Source: Eledone cirrhosa (taxonomy: Eukaryota). Taken from it: a stretch of DNA of 64,000 bases. Under the pieces are notes generated by a model. It had not been told where the DNA came from, did not search any database, and was given only the letters and a program-made list of their open reading frames with translations. The stretch covers positions 98,146,001 through 98,210,000 of the forward strand of contig OZ024742.1 in NCBI GenBank assembly GCA_964016885.1, given 5' to 3'. Positions 51,061 to 64,000 of this stretch are shown in pieces; the stretch's first letter is position 1; the number at the start of each line of letters is the position of its first letter. A program made the position numbers and the translations under genes.

Positions 51061-51532
51061 AATTTTGCCTATGCAGAGCCCTCATTTTTTACTATATAAG
51101 ACATTCTGAATACATGAGAAGTGAAATGAAATACTGAATACATGACTTCTCCCACTCTTCTCCTAATCTGCATTTTCATCATCATCCTCATCACCATCAC
51201 ATCCTCCTTTTCCCGCTCTTCATCCTACATTTTCTTTATCTTCCTCCTCTCAAGATCTAGGATTTACTTTCTTCGTTTTACTATATTTCACTACCTTTTT
51301 CCCCCATTGTTTCAACTAACTCGTCCCTCCAACGTATCACCAACGGAACTTAACATAGCTCTCTGTGTATACGTACGTATTTATATACGTATGCTCGTAC
51401 GCATGTATACATGTATCATATATATGTATGTATGAATATATATGTATATATATATATACATATATATAGATATATATACATATATATGTATATAGATATA
51501 TATAAATATATATACGTATGAGTATATATACA

Positions 51533-51631
<99 letters not shown>

Positions 51632-51678
51632 GTATATATACTCATACGTATATATATTTATATATATCTATATACATA

Positions 51679-51844
<166 letters not shown>

Positions 51845-52241
51845 ACATAGCATAACAGCCATGGCATAACAATGACATATTTCCAAGCAATTCCTTATTA
51901 AATCTGTCAGCAAATATAATCTGGTGATATCTTGGATAGTCGTGTATGATAGAAATCCATATCTTCATTGATAATCAGATACCATTGCACATTGCCAGAG
52001 ATCAAAACACCCATTTTAAGAAAATACACTTCACGTCCAGAAACAATTTGAAATGCATTTTCTGTTTTTTTGTCTGAAATTTATATCCATATTATCTTTT
52101 TTCTTAAACATTTTTAGTAAATACCAACAGCCCTTCACACCCCCATATATATACGTACGTGCGTTTTTCTGTGTGTGTGTATCCCCCTTCTCTCTCACTC
52201 TTATTCTCTCTCTCTATTTCTCTCTCTCACTCTCTCTCATA

Positions 52242-52380
<139 letters not shown>

Positions 52381-52384
52381 TATA

Positions 52385-52435
<51 letters not shown>

Positions 52436-53156
52436 ACATACATATATACATATATACATATATATAGGTGGATACTTATATATATATATGTATATATACT
52501 TATACATTCACACATATACTCACATACTTATATATACACACACACACTCACACACACACGCACACAAACACACACACATACATATATATATATATGTGTG
52601 TGTGTATGCGTGTGTGTGTACATCTATATGAACATACATCAAACAACAACAGCAACAACAACCATGACAGTGTTAGATACATGATGTCACTGCACACATT
52701 ATCTTCTCTTATCACAACTTTGCCCCCTCACTGCCCCCTAATTGATCTGTCATTGTTGGAATATCAAATTGATGCGTTGTTTTTTTTCGTATGACCTCTA
52801 GCTCCCTATCACATCATGGAACTCTGGCCCCAGCAATTTATTCTCCCAGCGTAACACTGACATATTTAGATGTAGAGACGGTGTTCTTTAGGAAAAATTC
52901 TACTGGCAATAAATCAATCTGGATATCTCTCAGATACGTGATTACTGCGTCAGATTTTCATATCTGTATTGCTTTCATTTAATCAATAATTCTATTTCAT
53001 GTCTTTTTATATACATGCATTCATTGAAACTTACATATATTCACAAACCCACACACACACATATGCACACACACACATGCAGACACACACACATATATAT
53101 ATAAATATATATATATATCTACATATATATATACATATATACATACATATATATAT

Positions 53157-53258
<102 letters not shown>

Positions 53259-53390
53259 TTACATACACATAGATACATACATATAAGATAGATAGATTAA
53301 TAAATAGATATATAGATAAATATAGACTGATAGGTAGACAGATAAATAGATATGTATATTTTTTTATGTAGGTATATCTATCTCTCTCTC

Positions 53391-53491
<101 letters not shown>

Positions 53492-54059
53492 GTATGTATG
53501 TTTGTTTGTATGTATGTATGTATTTATTTATGTATGTGTGTGCGTATGTATGTAAGTATTTTGTATGCATATTCTTATGGTTTCTTTCTGTTATTAGTTT
53601 CTCAACAATAGCGGAGAGACGGTTTCAAACATTGAGACTCTTCAGTTGGAATTTTCTCAACATCAATTTATGTGTGTGTACAATTATAAATACCATTACA
53701 TGTCTGGATTATTATATTTTGAGTTATATATGCACATTTACATACCCCTTCATATCGATACGTATGTGCACGCAGTTATTACATGCTAAATTTCTCCAAT
53801 GTTTTACATGATTTTGCAATTCCATTCATGGAGAGTATTTTCTAGTTCTGTGAAATCCAGTTTCTTAAATATTGTGCTGAGCCAGTTAAAAGTGTAGCCA
53901 AACAGCCCACTGATCACAAGTATAAATCTAAATGTATAGTGTGAGTCGTATATCTGCAGGATCATAATTGGTTCAGCAGATATATCCACCACACTTTTAC
54001 AGACCTTTAATTCAGTACTAACATTTGCTTGGAATGCTTTCTTTTCTCTACCCTATATC

Positions 54060-54530
54060 ATTATGTATCTTCTCTCTTTCTCTTAATTTCGAGTATATTT
54101 TTGACCGGCCACCTTCCTGGTTGCAAAGGTATAAAGAAAAGAAATTGTCATTCCTTGAATCACAAGAATGTTTTTGCAAATTTTGAAGGTGCCAGCTATC
54201 GCAGCCATTTGTAGACTATGAATTAGGGAGCTGCGCTCTTTGTCCTCAAATCCAAGTTCAGTTATACATTGGTCCAAGCGCGTAGCTCCAATAATGATGG
54301 GTATGAAGCTAAAGGTGTATCTTGGATACTGGATTTGTAAACTCCTCATCAATGGTCCGTAGATGTCCTCCATCTCCTGTATTTTTCTAACAACGTTTAC
54401 ATCAAGTGGGCAGCTGATCTCCACAACAGAATACGTTTTCAATGTGTGGTCCCAAACAACAATATCAGGCAGGTTGTGCTTTAATTTGGTGGCAGTTTTT
54501 ATTTTCAGGTTCCATCAGTATTCCTTAGTA
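54060..54530 (-). mobile_element. R4/Dong-type LINE 3' end (REL endonuclease)
   Basis: KIKHNLPDIVVWD...VVEISCPLDVNVVRKIQEMEDIYGPLMRSLQIQYPRYTFSFIPIIIGA. Confidence 0.8.
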
Positions 54531-55139
54531 TGTATGTATGTATGTATGTATGTATGTATGTATGTATGTATGTATGTATGTATGTATGTATGTATGTATG
54601 TATGTATGCATGTATGTATGAGATGACCCCTTAGCCTTTGTCAAGGCAGAATTCTAGGAGAAGGAAAACTCTGATATAACACCTGCAACCCTGATGGTAT
54701 CCAATGATGTTGACTTGTTCTTCTTTTTGGTAAATATCATGTTGGTTAAGAGAGTGGGACTGGCTTTGTGCAGTGCCTTTGCTCACTATAAAAGCTTCAC
54801 GACACAGGCATTGCTTTATATCTGGAGATCTCTGCACTTGTCGTCACATGGTACCATGGGCCCAGCACTATGTGTCAATAATTGTCACAAGTGTAGTGTT
54901 TCTACCAGAGTTTTCAAGTCGCTGGCTGGACTAAAAAGTCACACTCGTTCAGCGCATCGGTGGGGGTTCTCCTACATGGATATAAAGTAGTGGCCATACT
55001 CGAAAACGAGTTGGCAGCCACCATGTATGTGTGTATGTATGTATATATGCATGTATGTATGTGTGTATGCATGTATGCATATATCCATGTATGTATGCAT
55101 GTATGCATGTATGTATGGGGTGGTCAAGCTTTGTTTTGA

Positions 55140-56250
55140 GCAGGCAACCAATACTTTGTCTGTATTTATGTTTCTCTTGCTCTTAATTTCGAGTACATTT
55201 TTGATCGGCCACCTTCCTGGTGACATGGTTGTAAAAGAAAAGAAATTGTCATCCCTTGAAACGCAATAATATTTTGCAAAATTTGAAGGTGCCATCTACC
55301 GCAGCCATTTGTATTCTATGAATTAGGGAGTTGCGTTCTTTGTCCTCAAATCCACGTTCAGTTATATTTTGGTCTAACCTGTAGCTCCAATAATGAGGGG
55401 CATGAAGCTGAAGGTGTATCTTGGATACTGGATCTGCAAACTCCTCATCAATGGTCCGTAGATGTCCTCTTTCTCTTGTATTTTTCTTACAACATTGAGA
55501 GCAAATGGGCAGCTGATCTCTACAACAGATCACGTTTCAATGTGTGGTTCCAAACAAAAATATCAGGCCGGTTGTGTTTTAATTTGGTGGCATTTTTTAT
55601 TTTCAGATTCCCCAGTATTCTTTATTGCCATCGATTTCAACATATTCCTCCTCATTTGTTTTTAATCTTGTTTTCTTAACTGCGTTCTAGATGGTTTTCG
55701 CTATCACATCGTGTCTCATGGGGAGGAAGTAGTGAGACGACATTCTTTCGCAGTTGGCAACAATGTGGCTAACATCTTCGATCTCTGTTTTACAAAGCTA
55801 CATTTATTGTCGACTAATGGCCCTCCTCTTTTGTGTAGCAGATATTTGGTAGGGAATTCTTGTTCCTGTATTGCATAGAGATATCCTTGAAAGTGAGATG
55901 TCATAAACTTGTCGGAACTCCATGCCAGGCTCTTTGGGTGATTTATCTCCTCTATGGTCTGTGTTTTTCGTCTCAGATACCCATGTACACATTTCTCTGT
56001 AAATTGGTCTATTTTTTTATCCTGCTCGAACATTGAACAGGATATTCCAATTTCCCTGGGAAATAGCAGGCCTTATTCTATATCTCTCCTCCAGATCTGT
56101 GGCTATCCTAATGATATCCTTCATGTTCATAGACCTGAGCAAGATGGTTGCTGATCATTTTCTTCTGCTGACGATGTTGCTTCAGTGTTACTATTCGGGT
56201 CTCGTACATGTAGTAATACCGTCGAGTGTATCGCGGGGAAAGTAGCAGAC
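55140..56250 (-). mobile_element. R4/Dong-type LINE 3' fragment of the same family as 54060-54530
   Basis: HGYLRRK...MTSHFQGYLYAIQEQEFPTKYL..KCSF, followed by a REL domain paralogous to 54083-54525. Confidence 0.8.
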
Positions 56251-56879
56251 CTATTAGTATAATGTGTGTATTAGTGACGTTACTGGCGGTACAGATTGAA
56301 AAGTTATTGTCGGTTCAGAAATCAAAGTGAGTGATAGTTTTTTATATATATATATATATTTAGAGAGAGAGAGAGGGGGGGGGTTGAAAGATATAGGGAG
56401 TGATGGAGATTGACAACATTAGTGTATAGTGCGCTGTGTATAAACGTGAAGGCATAACTACTTTTTAAAATTCAGTTAAATATGATAAGGAAATATGGGC
56501 AGCTACTGTAGGACAGCATTGTTTCGCAATATATATAAATAGAAACGCAATGTTTCTAATTGCGATCGTCAATATCATCAAGTTAGCGTCTACTCTTCTA
56601 CAAACAAATAATATTAGAAATCCTCATGTAATTTAAATGAAATTCTAAGGAGTTATATCTGTAATTATTGTCACATGGTTCTCGTCAATATAACAATATC
56701 ATTAATACTTAGACAGTAAGGGGCCTAATACTAAATATAGCAATAAATTATTCAATACAGCGAAACTGATTATTATCATAATATTTAAGGCCTAAAATTA
56801 AAAAAAGGTTCAAATAAATTAGTTTTTAACTCTTCCATATTCATGAAATTTAGTTCGGCTGAAAAGAATATATTATTAC

Positions 56880-57060
56880 TTGGCAGTATCGGTAGAGGGT
56901 TGGACACCATGTTTTCTAGCATAGTTACGTCCCTTTAGAGTCTGAGTTCAAATCCCGCCGAGGTTAACTTTGCCTTTCATCCTTACGGGGTCTATAAAAT
57001 AAAGTACCAGTAATGTACTAGTTAATTGCTGGGCTTGTGCCTAAAGTAGAAACAATTATT
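56880..57060 (+). mobile_element. tRNA-derived SINE
   Basis: tggcagtatcggtagaggg...tctgagttcaaatcccgccgaggttaactttgcctttcatccttacgggg...aaagtagaaacaattatt. Confidence 0.85.
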
Positions 57061-57189
57061 ACTACAGGCATCTCATGGATATTAATAAATTACTAAGATT
57101 TGTGTGTATTATAAAACAAATATTGATAAATATATATATATATCCAAAATTAAGATAAATCAAAATGAATTTAATCTAAATCAAAATTA

Positions 57190-57460
57190 TGGGTGTCATG
57201 CCAGAAAGGCATGCGCCATATCACCCATAAAATAAGCTCCAAGATTCTAATGAAAAGGTCCGAGCATTTTATAACAACTAGAAATTGATTAACGTATAAA
57301 CAAACATATGAAACAATCACGGGATAATTTTTACAAGTGTGTTAGCACACATAGCTAGATAGGTAACTAAATAAAGTTGACTAGATCTTCAAAAATAGAT
57401 ACCTTATAATATGATTGTTTCATATGTTTATTTATATGTTAATCAATTTCGTGTTGTTAT
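57190..57460. repeat. Repeat family with an internal inverted repeat; second copy at 47020-47285
   Basis: Shared aataagctc..aagat..aatgaa..g.tccgagcatttt...ctagaaat; aaacatatgaaacaatca pairs with tgattgtttcatatgttt. Confidence 0.65.
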
Positions 57461-57499
57461 ATATAAATATATATATATATATATGAATAAATAAATATA

Positions 57500-57830
57500 A
57501 ATTTAGCGAGAATCGCATTTCGGCTATTAGATATTAGCGAAACGCAACTTCTGATTTGTGTTGGCAAGCGCTCAATGGATACCAAGATACCAGAGCAATA
57601 AACATAAGTTAAAAAGGGCATACAAACTGAGACGATGGCCTAGAAGCCATTAACCACCTAGGCCAAAGAAGCGAGCAAGCTACGCGGGTCAAACAAAATA
57701 AGATATGATTGAAATATTTACCCGGACCGTCGGAAATGATGGTAAAATCCAATAGAGGGTTCTGGGACACCTAAATCATAATACTGTCTGCTTAAAAAAT
57801 ATAATGATCGAACAAGATATCACGTTTTCA
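57500..57830. repeat. Dispersed ~330-bp repeat; second copy at 59115-59440
   Basis: Both start at (TA)n with ttagcgagaatcg.attt.ggctatt and share ggcaagcgctc, aacataagttaaaa and cctaaatca..tactgtctgctta. Confidence 0.75.
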
Positions 57831-57890
57831 ATATCTATATATGTACAATATATTTATATAATGTATATATATATATATATTTATATATAT

Positions 57891-57955
<65 letters not shown>

Positions 57956-57985
57956 AAATCAAAAGATGGTTAAAAGAATTCCATG

Positions 57986-58048
57986 TATTTTATTATGCGC
58001 ATTTCAAAAACAAATATCATCATGTTTGGGTTCTCATCAGAGAAAATA
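57986..58048 (-). ncRNA. Minimal hammerhead motif related to family C
   Basis: Reverse complement reads tattttct CTGATGA gaacccaaacatgatgatatttgttttt GAAA tgcgca TA ataaaata; palindromic ATGCGCAT, imperfect stem II. Confidence 0.62.
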
Positions 58049-58384
58049 GGGAGACATGGTATGAAGCTTAAAAAACACTTGCGAGCAGTGAAGTGTTAAA
58101 TCAACATACGAAAAATAAAATAAGATGGATATATGAGATTGGAAAAAGGGAAAGGAAGGGGGAAGGGAAAGGTAAGGAAGAGGAAGAAAGAAATTAGATA
58201 GAAGAAAAAAATATAATAATAAGGAAGGTATGACGGAGGAGGAGTATAGGAGGAGAAAATGAGTGAGAGAGAGGGATAACCTTTAATACTGAGAAACATT
58301 GTCTCACAGAGAAAAATAAAAAAAAACCGTTGTAAGATAATACATAATTTAAAAAATTGTGCCACAATAAAACTCACCTCCTAC

Positions 58385-58449
<65 letters not shown>

Positions 58450-58538
58450 ATATTGATAAATATGATATGTATATATATATATTGTACATATATATTATAC
58501 ATATTTATATATGTATGTATATATATATATATGTATGT

Positions 58539-58577
<39 letters not shown>

Positions 58578-58581
<4 letters not shown>

Positions 58582-59044
58582 TGTTATGCTTTGGGAGGGT
58601 CATGTTGCCAATAAGAAACACACGCACCAGTTGCTTTCACTTCAATTTACTATGAATTAAATTTATAAATTTGCGATTGGTTGGTTGGTTCCACAACCAG
58701 ACGATTGTTCTGTCCTACGCCATCTTGTTTGGCGTAGGACAGAACAAAGGAGAGGCACAAAAACAAAGAAAAGAATTCCCAGTCACTGAAGAGGTCAGAT
58801 AATGTGTGACGAAAGAACTTTGACAATATATGAACAATCGACTGGAAATTATATGACAATATATGAACCAACCAACCGGAAATTTATAAATTCTTAAATT
58901 TATAAATTTAATTTCTAATAAACTGAAGTGAAAGCAACTGGTGCGTGTCTTTCTTATTGGCAACATGACCCTCCCAAAGCATAACAATATCGGTTTCAAC
59001 ACACGTTTTCAGATGAAGAATCTTGCTAAACAAATTCAGAAACG

Positions 59045-59048
<4 letters not shown>
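58578..59048 (+). mobile_element. Solo family-A pLTR with an upstream inverted partial copy, set in (TA)n
   Basis: 58578-58690 is the reverse complement of about 58866-58990; the sequence is homologous to 6490-6750 and 4260-4460. Confidence 0.85.
58781..58825 (+). ncRNA. Minimal hammerhead ribozyme (family A)
   Basis: agtca CTGAAGA g gtca gataatgtg tgac GAAA g aa c TT tgaca. Confidence 0.7.
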
Positions 59049-59116
<68 letters not shown>

Positions 59117-59613
59117 TAGCGAGAATCGTATTTTGGCTATTGGAAATTATCGAAACAACTTCCGAGATGTGTGGCAAGCGCTCCATAGAAGCTAGTGAAC
59201 TAGAGCTACAACATAAGTTAAAAGGCCAAACACACTGAGACTATGATTAAACCATTATCCGCACAGCCATAGAAACGACCAAGTAAAATATGAAATAAAA
59301 TATGATTGAAAATTATACCCGGACACCTGGAAGGTTGGTAATATCCAGCATTTCGGTTTCTGCAACTCCTAAATCAAGTACTGTCTGCTTAGACAAATAA
59401 TGTTAGGCTTTTTGGTAAGATGATCAAACAAGCAAGTCACTTTCTTAACAGGCCTTTAGTTCAAGTGCCAAGCGATATATTCCTCGAAGGACAGAAATAA
59501 GCGGATCGATATGATTTGGCTCTTTCTTTCTCTCTCTTCTACAGGCCAGTTCCGTTTACAGTGTCTCTCTTCTTCCTTTTTCGCGACGACTTCAGGTCGA
59601 TTGGACGCACTCC

Positions 59614-59690
<77 letters not shown>

Positions 59691-60989
59691 TCTCTCTCTC
59701 TCTTTCTTCGTTGTTACGAGCCACCAATTCGTCGCAGTAATTCCAGATAAACTGCAGATGGTCTGAAATCTGACGAGCGTATTTTCAAATGTGTGATCTC
59801 TTCTCATGCATTTTATTTCTTCCTTCCTATCATTTCTTCGAGTCAACTCACATCGTGCCGCTGAGGTAATGTTTTACCCAACACCGCTATGACGGTATTT
59901 AGCTGTTTTAACTGCTTCCATTCGCCGTCTTTCCATTTTCCTATGAATATATATATATATATGTGTGTCTGTGTGTGTGTCTGTGTGAGTGTGTGTATGT
60001 GTGTATGTGTGTGTGTGTGTGGGTGTGTGTGTGGGTGGGGGGGGGGGGTGTCAACATCTGACATACCTTCTAACAGATATTTAAACATATCTTAGGATAC
60101 CTCTAAGAAGTTTACAGAAGACCAATATTCTATAGGATTTCTTCTCTGCTAGAATCTGTCAATTGGTTAATCTCCGATCAAAATCATTCGTTATCTAATC
60201 AAAATGGTAAAATCTTTTCACCGGTGATGTCGCTTATGTTTATTTGTGTCAAAAATTGTCTGAGGCAAATATCAAATTACTGAAGGTTCACGTTTGCAAG
60301 TGCAGTGTCAAGACATTTATAGCCTGAAATTTGGGGAATTGCCAAGACAATAGCACTGGAATCATAGCAGAAAGAGATGCTCTTAAGAGTTTATTGAACC
60401 TCACAAAAAGTTAATTATTACTTTGCAATGTTCTAGCTTACATTATATATATATTATCTTGCTAACAGGTCTATTAATACAATCCAACAGACTAGCTGAC
60501 CAACAAACTGATTGACCGACTGACCAACTGATCAACTGACAGATAAACCAGCAGACCAACAAACAAACTGACTGTAAGACCAACTGACCATCAAACTGAT
60601 AGATTATATGCGGAACGGACTGAAAGACAAATATAACAAATGACTAACAAGCCGACTGACGAGCAGACCAGCAGGACAACTGGCCATTTGGCAGACTGTC
60701 CAAAAGATCAACTGACAAACGCATCATTTGGCCAGCACACAAACTGTCCAAATATCTAACAGATCAACTGACCAAAATAATAACAAGACAACTGACAGGG
60801 AAGTAATCTGAACAAATTACCAGATATATACTCAAACGGTTTTGGAATAGCGTGATGTATGTATAAAGGAAACCTCATAGGGGTATGATGACTTTGATCC
60901 TTTTAAAAATGAGGTTGACGCAAAAGCACACCACAATAGCTCCTAGTTAGAGGTTTACACTTAAATTATGACATATTTATTTTGTCGAC

Positions 60990-61200
60990 CGCCGTCGTTC
61001 CCGAATACGATCGTTGCATTTATTCGATCAAAGGACCAGCCTGCTACTTTGATTAACTTGCATATAGCCGAGCATTCTGGACATACGTGTACTTTTACCA
61101 TGAACATTTTTCTTATTTATGGACAAAACATGTAGTAGTCGGGAATCGAACTCACGATCCTATGATCCTAAGCTAAACACTTTAACTACTATGGCATGCG
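60990..61200 (-). mobile_element. tRNA-derived SINE (second family), diverged
   Basis: gtcgggaatcgaactcacgatcctatgatc...taactact is the reverse complement of a tRNA-like head. Confidence 0.55.
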
Positions 61201-61728
61201 TCTTTGCCATTGTTTGTATTGCTCTTAAATATTACGACATGGGGAATGAGGAAAATTAAACCTTTATGTTTGTGATGTCCATCAAGTTAACCATGGCATG
61301 AGCAGCTGCCGGTTGAAGCCTATCTCAACTATTCTTTCCTATGACTGGCCTCTACGTGTCAATGTCCCTGCCAACTTAAGCATTCCAATTCGTTAATCTC
61401 TTTAATCCAGCTCCATTAAATCGATCGTAAAACTCTTTTTAAATGCTTCAGTAGCAAACTGTAAATACGTGTTCAAATAAAAGTACATTTTGTTCATCTC
61501 TCAATTATGCTTCATTTGGTTTTTGTTTGAGCAGAACAGCTGGGAATTTAGAAGAACAGAAATGGCATCAGTAAGTTTTCCATAGAAGTCTTCTATTTGA
61601 GCGAAGCGGAAAATTCTGGCAGAATTCTATCTCTATCTAACTATCCTATAAATGTCTTTATCGAATTCTGCTTCTATATAGTATATATATTCTGGTGTAC
61701 TAAGATATTTATCTTTTGATTCCTTAAC

Positions 61729-61801
<73 letters not shown>

Positions 61802-61818
61802 CATACATATACATACAT

Positions 61819-61885
<67 letters not shown>

Positions 61886-61896
61886 CATACACACAC

Positions 61897-61939
<43 letters not shown>

Positions 61940-62739
61940 AACACAAACAAAAACATTCTGACTTTTAAAACCGTTTAATCCAGATTAATATACACGGAAG
62001 AGTATTCTGAGGGTCGACTACATTTTCTGATCATTTTTACAACTGAATACACTTTCCTTGAATTAATGAAGCGAGCAGCGTTATGTCTTGGGAGCACAAC
62101 AGAACTAAACTATGTCCTATTTTCAAAATGAGGAGTCAATAAATCAACCTAATGAAGGAGACCCCACCGGATTGTTTCACGGACTTGAAATACCAGTTTT
62201 CCGTTGCTGTTACTGCATACGGCTGCCTAGTTTTATACACCCTCATTTGACTTAGCCTGCCATGGGAAACTGGTTGTTTTTCCGGTAGCATGTCCAACCT
62301 CTGTCATGTCATTATCTTTTACAGAGAAATGTGACATGATTTGAACTCCAACTGCACAGATCTGTGAGATACTAGACTTGAGGTGTTTCCCAATGTGTTC
62401 TTTATTTTTTCCACTGCATTATTGTTATTGACATTTGTGTGAGTGCTAGTGAATGTCCACATATATTGCCCCTTTCTCCTGACGTCTGCCAGCCTACTCC
62501 TTGTCCGGATACATCGTCTACTTTGTAGTCCCAGCCGACAGAGTGGAGAAGACATTACTCCTTCACGCGGCTCGTACCTGCGGCCAGCCAACACGGCTCT
62601 GATAGCAGTGAGCAGGATGTAACCCGGGGACCAAGAACACCGGAAATCCCCACTTGATTTGACTCTGCTGATAGGATTCTATGGCTTTTGTGAGATGTAC
62701 AGGTGACATTGAACGTATTCCCGTTCTTGTTTAAACTTT

Positions 62740-63050
62740 ATTCGGTTTTAACGAATATTATTCCAGTTGTTCGAACAACGGAAAACCCTATTCTTGAAAT
62801 GAACGTTTAAGTGGCTGCGTATTCTCACAGCATACATTCCCTTAAAGTGGGTTGTCAGGGAGATTCAGAATGACACAGTATGTCACAACGCTGGTCTTCT
62901 GAATTGCAGATAGAACTCAAAATTGCCAGCTGAGTGAACTGGAGCAACATGAAATAAACTATTTTGTTCAAGGGCACCATTGGCCACCGGGATTTGAACT
63001 CATGACGTTACTCCTGTGAGCTGAACAACCTAAGCAGTAAGACACGCCCA
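62740..63050 (-). mobile_element. tRNA-derived SINE with a CORE-like segment
   Basis: ctggagcaacatgaaataaa...ttgttcaagggcac...ccgggatttgaactcatgac...gtgagctgaacaacctaa. Confidence 0.6.
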
Positions 63051-64000
63051 TTTACACACCCCTCGGTTATTATCAGACCGACCATGTCTCTGAGCAGGGA
63101 CCAGTCAGAATCCAGACTAAGAGTTGGGCGTGATACGAATTATCTTACCTCATGAAAATATGTTAGTTACGTAATATTCATCAACAAGGTATATATACCA
63201 AACAACTATATCATATTAATATCCCGTTAATTCTATTGGATGGAATTTTCAATTTCTTTACGGTTAAGTGTTTAACATAATCAACGCCAGAATCATCGTT
63301 AATTATTATGAGTAACGTGATCATGATCTTTCCTCTCCCGCCTTCTCATTCCCCTCCTCATCATCATTCCGGTTATGTTTGCAGTTTCATCAACAACACA
63401 ATCCACATGATAATCATGATTATACTGATCATGATTATACTGATCATGATTATACTGATCATGATTTTATTCCACTTCATCGTCATTACCATCAGTGTGA
63501 TTGCTATCATCTTCATCATCGTAATAATCAAGTATAATCTGCTTGCAGTAGGTTCTCAGCAGTCTCTCAGCAGTCTGTCATCATGGATTGCCTGCCATCT
63601 CACCTTTTCTTGTGTCGCCTTTATATATATTTTTGTAGTCCACTTCTTGCTATTATCCATCCACTTATTAATTAGCTTTTCCACTTCCCATCTATTTCTA
63701 TTTTTTACGTTCTATTAACAGTCTTTTCAAATCATTTCTCTTCCAATTAGGTGTCAAAATATATTTTATATTAGTTTCCGTTTTTTGATGATGTCTATTA
63801 ACATTTTCGTATCTTTTGTCATTTTTAGTACAGCATTGGTTTTATCTTCTGTTCATGATATTATCAAAAGTATTCTATGTCCCCACAACTCCATGGCTTG
63901 TAACCCTGGTGATACTTTTGCCCATGTTTCTATTCGATGTTATAGAAACATATATAATATTTTAAAATATTTTTCTCGCTTTGGTATTAATGTTTTTTTG

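Noticed and set aside
61980-62700. 91-aa minus ORF and GC-richer segment
   Set aside because: No recognisable homology by eye; it may be a decayed repeat but I cannot support a call

Overview
AT-rich, microsatellite-dense metazoan non-coding DNA. The SINE and repeat profile suggests a cephalopod, probably Octopus (inference). I can support no intact host gene; most ORF-track calls are translated (TA)n, (CA)n, (GA)n or (GAA)n repeats. The window is a patchwork of decayed mobile elements: about 10 Penelope-like element (PLE) fragments with GIY-YIG and RT remnants, R4/Dong-type, RTE, CRE and L1/Tx1 LINE fragments, one internally deleted mariner, Lep1-like non-autonomous Helitrons and many tRNA-derived SINEs. 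The main signal the ORF track misses is a dense set of minimal type-I hammerhead ribozyme (HHR) motifs. About 13 near-canonical copies from roughly 7 sequence families are readable by eye, plus degenerate, half and variant-core copies. Most have a palindromic mini stem III (dimer type), two families have a greatly extended stem II, and some sit in ORF-less elements. Many lie in fold-back inverted duplications, several of which have their symmetry axis inside or right beside the ribozyme. All folds and alignments were done by eye and need computational and biochemical confirmation.
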